A program made the position numbers and the translations under genes. Positions 33,200 through 39,180 of a stretch of DNA of 39,180 nt are shown piece after piece. Under the pieces are notes generated by a model. The model searched no databases, had not been told where the DNA came from, and saw only the letters and a program-made list of their open reading frames with translations. Position 1 is the stretch's first letter. Every line of letters starts with the position of its first letter. Source of the DNA: an uncultured Candidatus Saccharibacteria bacterium (GTDB lineage: Bacteria > Patescibacteriota > Minisyncoccia > GWC2-36-17 > WO2-46-25); contig CAYIVQ010000003.1 in assembly GCA_964366905.1 (NCBI GenBank), forward strand, positions 1 through 39,180. Direction: 5' to 3'.

Positions 33200-33754
33200 A
33201 TGAAAGAAAAATTTGACCCAAAAGACGAGCAGTATAAAGAAGTGGCGGACTTGCCACCGGAGCATCAAGAAGAATTTATGGATGTTAAAGGTGGTGGATT
33301 TGTTTCGCGGGAAGTAATTATTAATCCAGAAAGAGCGAAAAAAGAAGCACATAAAGAGTATAAAGAGAAAAAGACGGAACAGGAGATAGAAGAAAAAAAG
33401 AAGATGTTATTGCCTATTATTAAACGTTTCCGCGCTGGTCTTGAAAAGTTGGATTTAATTGATCATGCGGGTTGGTTTGATAATCATGAAGGGGAGCCTC
33501 ATAAAAGAGTTCGGGTATTATTAAAAGATGGTTCAGAATTTAAGGGATATCACGGTTATGATTTGTTTGAGAGCGAAGAAAATGGATACGAAGCATTTTA
33601 TGTTATTGGCAGCCATGTTGCCTGGGCTAATACGGGTGGTATAGTGGTGTTTGAGGATGGTCGTCGAGACATTCCAATACAGGATATTAAAAAAATTACT
33701 AGACTGGATCACAATACATCTATTGAATTTGAAGAGAATGAATCTTTGGGATAA
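33200..33754 (+). CDS. Hypothetical protein (184 aa), with a charged N-terminal half and a beta-rich C-terminal half
   Basis: The start is set at the ATG ending the conserved leader (MKEKFDPKDEQYKE...). No family was recognised. Confidence 0.5.
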   Translation: MKEKFDPKDEQYKEVADLPPEHQEEFMDVKGGGFVSREVIINPERAKKEAHKEYKEKKTEQEIEEKKKMLLPIIKRFRAGLEKLDLIDHAGWFDNHEGEPHKRVRVLLKDGSEFKGYHGYDLFESEENGYEAFYVIGSHVAWANTGGIVVFEDGRRDIPIQDIKKITRLDHNTSIEFEENESLG

Positions 33755-33814
33755 AAACATTCTGGGTTTTGCAAGATCCCGTAATTCATGATCCTTGCTT
33801 CTTAATTCGCCTTC

Positions 33815-35377
33815 TTACAACTCCTTCACCATATAACTATCTCTCAATTTGTATCCCAGTTTTGCGTAATATCCTCGTACGCCGACGCCGGAGATAACGG
33901 CAATTTTTTTCGTGCCGAATTCTTTTTTAGCGATTTTTTCTGCCTCTTTAACTAATTTTTTGCCTAATCCACGATGTTGGCTATATTTAGAATCACGGTC
34001 TCTAAACATTGGGGCGACTTCGCCATAGGTGTGGACTTCGCGTATAATCACTATGTTTGGAGGTTGAACCTCCAAACATATGCGGAGGCGGAGGAGGGCG
34101 ACGAGTTTGTCGTTTTTAATATCTTCGTAAGTCAGGAATATTTCTTTTCCGTCGGAAGCATCGTAATTAATTCTTTTTAGCTGTATATTCTTAGCTGTTA
34201 GTGCCTGGTTTCCGATTTCTCGACAGCGGATGCATCTGCATTTTAACCCCTCCAGTTTCATTTCCTGATGGATGGTTTGGCGTAGGTTGCTCGTTTTGCT
34301 TCCGACTTCTATGCTTTCCGCCGGGATATCGCGAATGACTCGGACGATGCGACAATATTCAGGAACGAATTGCTTTACTTTCTTGATTATGTTTATTAAT
34401 TGTCGGTCGGTGTAAGGTTTATATTTTCCGGCTTTCCATTGGTCGTAAAGTTTCGTGCCTTTGATTACCATACAAGGATAAATTTTTAACATATCCGGTT
34501 GGAAATCAGGATTGATAAAAAGCTCTTTGAACATCGCGATATCTTTTTTGGGAGTGGAGCCGGGAAGGTTGAGCATCATATGATAGTTGATTTTAAATCC
34601 AGCGTCTTTTAGTATTTTGGTGGCGCGGATGGTGGCGTCGATGTGATGACCGCGGTTGGATGTATCAAGAATGTCGTTATATAAGCTTTGCACGCCCAAC
34701 TCCACGCGCGTGCACCCGTATTCGCGCATTTTTTTGATTTCTTCTTCCGCCACCCAATCGGGGCGAGTTTCTAAAGTGAGTCCGACCAGTTTGTGTTTGG
34801 CGTAGCGCGTATTGTAAGATTGAGCTGATTTAAGCGAGTACGCAGAACGGCCATTGAGAGCTTCGTATAATTTTTGGATATACCATTCTTGATAGTCGCG
34901 CGGAATAGCTGACCATGTGCCGCCGATAACGATGATTTCTATTTTATCAACGGAATGTCCTTGAGCTTTGAGCGATTCAAGGCGTGAGCGTACTTGCCGA
35001 TATGGATCAAATTCGTTAGCTACAGCGCGCATTACCGCCGGCTCGTTGGAGAGGTAGCTTTTGGGCATATTTTTTTCTGTCGGGCAATAGGCGCATTTCC
35101 CCGGACAGCCCCAGTCCTTGGTAAGCACGGTGATAGAGGCGATGCCGGACAGCGTCCGGACTTTGCGTTTTTTGATGATTTGGGCGAGGGTAGCGTTTGC
35201 CTTTATCTTTCCCGTTTTTAATAGTTTCTGATACACTGAAATCAAGTTGATATTAGAAGGCAATCCGTGTATATTTAATTTCCGCATATGTCCGCGTTTA
35301 ATCCTGCCGAAGCTTTGTTCATTCAGGTTTTTTACTTTTGAAGCTTCAAAAATTATTTTTTCTAAAATTTTATTCAT
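33815..35377 (-). CDS. elp3: Elp3-like tRNA uridine(34) modification enzyme (radical SAM + GNAT acetyltransferase)
   Basis: The radical-SAM cluster motif GCPGKCAYCP, the TIM-barrel region (VELGVQS, YHMMLNLPG) and the C-terminal GNAT motif QHRGLGKKLVKEAEKIAK occur in the Elp3 domain order, in a 520-aa protein. Confidence 0.85.
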   Translation of the reverse strand: MNKILEKIIFEASKVKNLNEQSFGRIKRGHMRKLNIHGLPSNINLISVYQKLLKTGKIKANATLAQIIKKRKVRTLSGIASITVLTKDWGCPGKCAYCPTEKNMPKSYLSNEPAVMRAVANEFDPYRQVRSRLESLKAQGHSVDKIEIIVIGGTWSAIPRDYQEWYIQKLYEALNGRSAYSLKSAQSYNTRYAKHKLVGLTLETRPDWVAEEEIKKMREYGCTRVELGVQSLYNDILDTSNRGHHIDATIRATKILKDAGFKINYHMMLNLPGSTPKKDIAMFKELFINPDFQPDMLKIYPCMVIKGTKLYDQWKAGKYKPYTDRQLINIIKKVKQFVPEYCRIVRVIRDIPAESIEVGSKTSNLRQTIHQEMKLEGLKCRCIRCREIGNQALTAKNIQLKRINYDASDGKEIFLTYEDIKNDKLVALLRLRICLEVQPPNIVIIREVHTYGEVAPMFRDRDSKYSQHRGLGKKLVKEAEKIAKKEFGTKKIAVISGVGVRGYYAKLGYKLRDSYMVKEL

Positions 35378-36095
35378 GAAAGAAGAATACGCTGATTATT
35401 TAATCCAAAAAACCAAAGAAGATTACGACAAGATTGCCGGTGATTTTGACCGCACTCGTTCTTATATTTGGAACGAATTAAGGCGATTTGCCGGCTTCGC
35501 AAAAGACGGAGATAAGATTTTGGATTTTGGATGCGGCAATGGCAGATTACTGGAAACATTTCACGAAAAGAATGTAAAATATATCGGCGCGGACTTTTCG
35601 CTGAATTTAATAAATTTAGCGCGCAATAAGTATAAAGCGGAAGTTGATGCCGGTAAAGCGGAGTTTGTAAAGTTGGACGAATTGAAATTACCATTCCCTG
35701 ACCAGAGTTTTGACGTAATTTATTCAATAGCAGTTTTACACCACATTCCATCGGTTAAAAAGAGAGAAGAATTACTTGCTGAATTTTCAAGAATACTCAA
35801 GCCGAATGGAAAAATAATCATAACAACATGGAATCTTTGGCAGAGGAAGTATTTGAATTTGATTTTGAAGCATACAATAAAAAAAATCCTCGGTCAATCC
35901 AAAATGGACTTTAAAGATATATTGGTTCCATGGAAAGAAGCAAATGGCAAATCCTCTGCAGACAGATATTATCATTGCTTTACTCAACGAGAATTAAAAC
36001 AAATAATGAAACGAGCGGAATTTAACACTTTGGAAAGCGGTTTTTTTGGCGGCGCTAAAGGAAAGTTTAATATTTACGTTATTGCCGAAAAGTGA
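35376..36095 (+). CDS. Trm9/ALKBH8-type class I SAM-dependent methyltransferase
   Basis: YDKIAGDFDRTRSYIWNELRRF, LDFGCGNGRLL, FDVIYSIAVLHHIPS, ILVPW and RYYHCFTQRELKQIM parallel the yeast Trm9 motifs (YNEIAPHFSQTRYKPW, DVGCGNGKYL, SIAVVHHWST, VPW, RYYHLYREGEL; quoted from memory). Confidence 0.7.
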   Translation: MKEEYADYLIQKTKEDYDKIAGDFDRTRSYIWNELRRFAGFAKDGDKILDFGCGNGRLLETFHEKNVKYIGADFSLNLINLARNKYKAEVDAGKAEFVKLDELKLPFPDQSFDVIYSIAVLHHIPSVKKREELLAEFSRILKPNGKIIITTWNLWQRKYLNLILKHTIKKILGQSKMDFKDILVPWKEANGKSSADRYYHCFTQRELKQIMKRAEFNTLESGFFGGAKGKFNIYVIAEK

Positions 36096-36096
36096 T

Positions 36097-37125
36097 ATGG
36101 TAAAATCAATGCAATCCATTTCTTTCGCATCAATTTTAAAAGTGGCTCTAGTGGTTATCGGGCTGATATTTCTTTATTTGACCAAAGAAATTTTAGTGAT
36201 TTTGTTTTTGGCCGTGATCATCGCGTCTGCCGTGTCTCCGGCAGTCAGTTTTTTGGAAAAATATTACATACCGAGAGCGCTGGGGACATTATTTGTCTAT
36301 GTTTTTTGTTTTGGCATTTTAATTTTTGTGTTTTATTTAATAACCCCGCTTTTTATAAGTGAAATTCAGCATTTGGCGATTCTTCTGCCGGATTATTATG
36401 AAGAATTTTCAAAGCAAATTTTAAAAACTACCAGACAGATTTCCCCGGATTATACAAGAAGCGCGCAGGAATTTCTGTTGAATTTAGGCGGGAGCATCAA
36501 AGAAGCGACTTCCGGTTTGTTCGGGATAGTTTCCCGGTTATTTGGAGGAGTGGTGGCTTTTGGCGCGATTATTGTCATCTCTTTTTATTTGGCAGTTCAA
36601 AAAAAAGGGGTTGAAGGATTTCTCCGGTTGATTACGCCGCAAGCGCAAGAAGAGTATGTTTTGGATTTATGGAAAAGAGTGGAAGTCAAGCTTGGCCGAT
36701 GGCTGCAAGGCCAGCTGTTTTTAGGGCTTATAGTTGGAGTGACTGTGTTTATCGGACTCACGATAATAGGCGTGCCTTACGCTCTGCTTTTGGGATTGGT
36801 TGCCGGTATCTTTGAAATACTCCCAATGGTTGGGCCGGTATTTTCAGCCATACTTGGCGTGGCGGTGGCTTTTGTAGTCTCTCCGGTGCTCGCTTTTCTG
36901 GCGCTGATTTTTTACGTCATTTTGCAACAATTTGAGAATCATATTTTACTGCCTCTTCTAATGAAAAAAATAACCGGTTTGAATCCGGTAGTGGTTATCA
37001 TCGCTTTGTTGGCAGGCGCGAAAATCGGAGGAGTTCTGGGTATGCTTATCGCCGTGCCGATCGCCACAATCGCCGGAGAATTATTTGAAGATCTCGCGAA
37101 ACAAAAAGCGGTGAGGAAAGTATGA
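36097..37125 (+). CDS. AI-2E family transporter (PerM/UPF0118)
   Basis: About 8 TM helices, with the conserved LGLVAGIFEILPMVGP and FENHILLPLLM motifs. Confidence 0.8.
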   Translation: MVKSMQSISFASILKVALVVIGLIFLYLTKEILVILFLAVIIASAVSPAVSFLEKYYIPRALGTLFVYVFCFGILIFVFYLITPLFISEIQHLAILLPDYYEEFSKQILKTTRQISPDYTRSAQEFLLNLGGSIKEATSGLFGIVSRLFGGVVAFGAIIVISFYLAVQKKGVEGFLRLITPQAQEEYVLDLWKRVEVKLGRWLQGQLFLGLIVGVTVFIGLTIIGVPYALLLGLVAGIFEILPMVGPVFSAILGVAVAFVVSPVLAFLALIFYVILQQFENHILLPLLMKKITGLNPVVVIIALLAGAKIGGVLGMLIAVPIATIAGELFEDLAKQKAVRKV

Positions 37126-37569
37126 TCACCGCAATAAATAAATAGAAATAATTACCACGGCAATTTGCGGCAAGACTCTGATAAAGCTTAAGCCACCTTC
37201 CTTTTTAGTTATTAGCTGATGCCAGAAGTGATGGAATTTGATGTATCGCCGGAATATTTTTCCCCCCGAAGCGTAATATAGAAAAAGAAAGCCGTCAGGC
37301 AAAACCCCGAAAAACCCTCCCAATAAAATATGAATTTGTTTTTCCAGAGACAGGTTCCAGATAAAAAAAAGCGTAATAATGCCGGCGATAGCAATATCTA
37401 AAGCGATTTTTCTTGCCGCCCTTCTTCTTGAGGAATGAATATCGTAGTCCCAGTGAGGGATCATGTCTAAAATATGGTGAGTTGCCATAGCGACAATCAC
37501 TATCGCGAATGGATTGGATATTTGGGAAGCCACTGCGGCGCCGGATAAAATATGGGGAGTCAGAATCAT
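37126..37569 (-). CDS. His-rich integral membrane protein, function unknown
   Basis: 147 aa with 4 TM helices and HHILDMIPHWDYD / KFHHFWH motifs. It abuts the convergent transporter gene with no spacer. Confidence 0.5.
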   Translation of the reverse strand: MILTPHILSGAAVASQISNPFAIVIVAMATHHILDMIPHWDYDIHSSRRRAARKIALDIAIAGIITLFFIWNLSLEKQIHILLGGFFGVLPDGFLFLYYASGGKIFRRYIKFHHFWHQLITKKEGGLSFIRVLPQIAVVIISIYLLR

Positions 37570-37574
37570 TTTAT

Positions 37575-38255
37575 ATGTCTACTTTATATATAATCGCAAC
37601 TCCGATAGGGAATTTAAAAGACATTTCTTTGCGCGCGCTTGAAACATTAAAAAGCGCTGATTTGATTTTATGCGAAGATACGCGAGTAACTAGCAAACTG
37701 CTCGCGCATTACGAAATCAAAAAACCTTTACAATCATATCATCAGCACAGCAAGCTTGCAAAGGTGGAGCGAATCTTGGAAGCGCTGGCGAAAGGGGAAA
37801 ATATCGCTTTGGTATCGGATGCCGGCACGCCTGGCATTTCCGATCCGGGCGGATTGTTGGTTGAGGAAGTGATAAAAAGGTTTGGAGGCGAAGTGGATAT
37901 AGTCCCGATTCCCGGCGCGAACGCGGCGCTGGCCGCGCTTTCCGTTTCCGGATTTCCGACCGACCGATTTTTATTTCTCGGTTTTCCGCCGCACAAAAAA
38001 GGCAGGAAAACTTTCTTTGACGAAATTGCCGCGCGCGAGGAAACGCAAGTTTTTTATGAATCAAAACACCGCATTGAAAAAGCGCTTGTCGAACTCGCCG
38101 CGCGCTTAGGCGACCGGCCGATTATGGTTGCCCGCGAGCTAACCAAGCAATTTGAAACAATCTATCGCGGCACGGCGGAGGAATGTCTTGCTCTACTCCG
38201 CCAAGATAAAATACTAGGTGAATTTGTGGTGGTGGTTCGTGGCATCAAATTATAA
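37575..38255 (+). CDS. rsmI: 16S rRNA (cytidine1402-2'-O)-methyltransferase RsmI
   Basis: LYIIATPIGNLKDISLRALETLKSADLILCEDTR and SDAGTPGISDPG motifs. Confidence 0.9.
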   Translation: MSTLYIIATPIGNLKDISLRALETLKSADLILCEDTRVTSKLLAHYEIKKPLQSYHQHSKLAKVERILEALAKGENIALVSDAGTPGISDPGGLLVEEVIKRFGGEVDIVPIPGANAALAALSVSGFPTDRFLFLGFPPHKKGRKTFFDEIAAREETQVFYESKHRIEKALVELAARLGDRPIMVARELTKQFETIYRGTAEECLALLRQDKILGEFVVVVRGIKL

Positions 38256-38348
38256 AATCTTACGAGAAAAAAATCTCTTAGATCGCTATGGCCGTATTTT
38301 TAATAATATTGATTGATCAAGCTCTACAAAAATCAATAGATTTGATAT

Positions 38349-38386
38349 ATGATTACATGTGTGACGATCGTCACACATGTAATCAT
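38349..38386. repeat. 38-bp perfect palindrome (core TGTGACGATCGTCACA) just after a -10-like element and ~30 nt upstream of the regulator gene; candidate operator
   Basis: atgattacatgtgtgacga | tcgtcacacatgtaatcat, preceded by TTGATT...TATGAT-like promoter hexamers. Confidence 0.9.
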
Positions 38387-38415
38387 TAAGGATTAATTAT
38401 TATTTAAGAAGTAGT

Positions 38416-39018
38416 ATGAAAGGAGAAGCGACTTTGAAAGTATTGGAATATGTAGGTGATGCCGCGGTGGGCATACTTGATTTAACTGCCGCGTTTTTGG
38501 GCGCAGGATATGGCGCGTCGGCCAGTAAAATATTACATGAGTTTGATAAGAAAGATAGAGAACGTTCGCAGAAGTGCGTTGATCATCTGGAAATAAAACG
38601 GCAGAAACAAAGATTTAGCACTATACTTTGCAGATTAAAAAATGACGGCTTGATTGAAGAAAAAGCTGATGACAGCAAATCTTATATTAAACTTACAACT
38701 AAAGGCAAACGGCATTTTGAGGCGTTGAAGAAAAGGCGTTTAGAAGCTTTGCCGGATACTTTTTATGACAAACATAATCCGAAAGATGGAAAATTCATGA
38801 TAGTTGCTTTTGATATTCCGGAATGCGAAAGAAGAAAAAGAGTATGGCTTAGATCAGCATTGAAAAATATAGGTTTTAATCTCATACAAAAAAGCGTATG
38901 GGCCGGAAAAGTCAAAATACCGCAACAATTTTTGGATGATTTGAAAGATTTGCGGTTAGTTGAATATGTAGAAATTTTTGAAATCAGTAAAACAGGTTCA
39001 TTGCGCCAACTCACTTAA
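38416..39018 (+). CDS. PaaX-like regulator: winged-helix plus a Cas2-fold (PaaX_C-like) domain
   Basis: FSTILCRLKNDGLIEEK...YIKLTTKGKRHF looks like a wHTH. GKFMIVAFDIPECERRKRVWLRSALKNIGFNLIQKSVWAGK matches the PaaX/Cas2-like W..vvFDIPe..R..R..lr..L...GF..lq.SVW pattern. Confidence 0.65.
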   Translation: MKGEATLKVLEYVGDAAVGILDLTAAFLGAGYGASASKILHEFDKKDRERSQKCVDHLEIKRQKQRFSTILCRLKNDGLIEEKADDSKSYIKLTTKGKRHFEALKKRRLEALPDTFYDKHNPKDGKFMIVAFDIPECERRKRVWLRSALKNIGFNLIQKSVWAGKVKIPQQFLDDLKDLRLVEYVEIFEISKTGSLRQLT

Positions 39019-39042
39019 TCTATTTTAAAGTTTCTTTTTTTT

Positions 39043-39076
39043 GATTACACTTGTGACGATCGTCACAAGTGTAATC
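39043..39076. repeat. 34-bp perfect palindrome (core TGTGACGATCGTCACA) downstream of the regulator gene
   Basis: gattacacttgtgacga | tcgtcacaagtgtaatc. Confidence 0.95.
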
Positions 39077-39078
39077 GT

Positions 39079-39162
39079 TTGTGGATAAGGCGGGGTTTAC
39101 AAATTGCGTGGGGGGGGGGTATGATAGGGGTAGGTTTAGAGTTAAAAATTAAAATAAAAAAT
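39079..39162 (+). promoter_or_regulatory. Repeated promoter/leader module, copy 3 (DnaA-box 9-mer, TTTACA, G10 tract, TATGAT)
   Basis: TTGTGGATAAGGCGGGGTTTACA (39079-39101), an 18-nt spacer ending in G10 (39110-39119), TATGAT (39120-39125), then GTTTAGAGTTAAAAATT...ATG. Confidence 0.6.
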
Positions 39163-39180
39163 ATGGAAAAAGAAAAATAT
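39163..39180 (+). CDS. 5' end of an unknown CDS (MEKEKY...), truncated by the window edge
   Basis: The ATG sits at the end of the conserved leader. The N-terminus resembles MKEKF of the 33200 gene. Confidence 0.35.

Noticed and set aside
27836-39076. Treating the recurring palindromes as a CRISPR array or degenerate array, given the Cas2-like domain protein nearby.
   Set aside because: The copies are 0.1 to 10 kb apart, separated by ordinary genes, fully self-complementary and of different lengths. There is no regular repeat-spacer periodicity and there are no cas genes. The Cas2-like domain belongs to a PaaX-type regulator architecture.
32082-39088. Treating the perfect DnaA boxes as a replication origin (oriC).
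   Set aside because: There are only three boxes, 1 kb and 6 kb apart, each embedded in the same repeated promoter module. There is no box cluster, no adjacent AT-rich unwinding element and no dnaA/dnaN nearby.
1-39180. Alternative genetic code (UGA reassignment, as in some CPR lineages).
   Set aside because: Many genes end cleanly at TGA, including ATGA overlap junctions (9966, 12569), and all conserved proteins are full length under code 11.

Overview
AT-rich, tightly packed bacterial segment with many ATGA or TAATG gene junctions and several near-leaderless starts. Standard code 11 reads cleanly. The gene content (DUF192, DUF3048, FemX-like, PaaX/Cas2-like regulator, small membrane-anchored proteins, reduced metabolism) suggests a Candidate Phyla Radiation / Patescibacteria-type genome; this is inference only. 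Most of the window is housekeeping: tmRNA-SmpB, IleRS, RecO, GlyRS, an M16 peptidase, a beta-CASP RNase, Fpg, HolA, S20, PyrG, UvrB, RuvA, a peptidoglycan set (FemX-like, MurE-like, MurA, MurD), PPIase, ThiI, RsmI and an AI-2E transporter. No rRNA, tRNA, CRISPR array, transposase or integrase was seen. Notable items: (1) an orphan Pup homologue ending in GGE, next to smpB-ssrA; (2) an apparently intact histidine-phosphatase (PGAM-like) domain nested inside IleRS; (3) a GC-rich 42-nt in-frame repeat in two unrelated genes (ThiI x2, tandem-REC regulator x1), plus a perfect 15-bp-stem palindrome in-frame inside murD; (4) a bacterial Elp3 (radical SAM + GNAT) head-to-head with a Trm9-like methyltransferase, suggesting a eukaryote/archaea-type (m)cm5U34 module; (5) an accessory island between murD and elp3, bounded by a duplicated elp3 3' end and carrying HicBA and small orphan genes; (6) a three-copy module (perfect palindrome, perfect DnaA-box 9-mer, TTTACA/TATGAT promoter with G9/G10 tracts in the spacer, A-rich leader) driving unrelated small genes; (7) an XRE-HTH::MurA fusion; (8) a family of 34-52 bp perfect palindromes with a CGATCG core, two of which flank a PaaX/Cas2-like regulator; (9) an unclassified ~170-nt structured leader upstream of a LOG-like/MgtC/permease operon.
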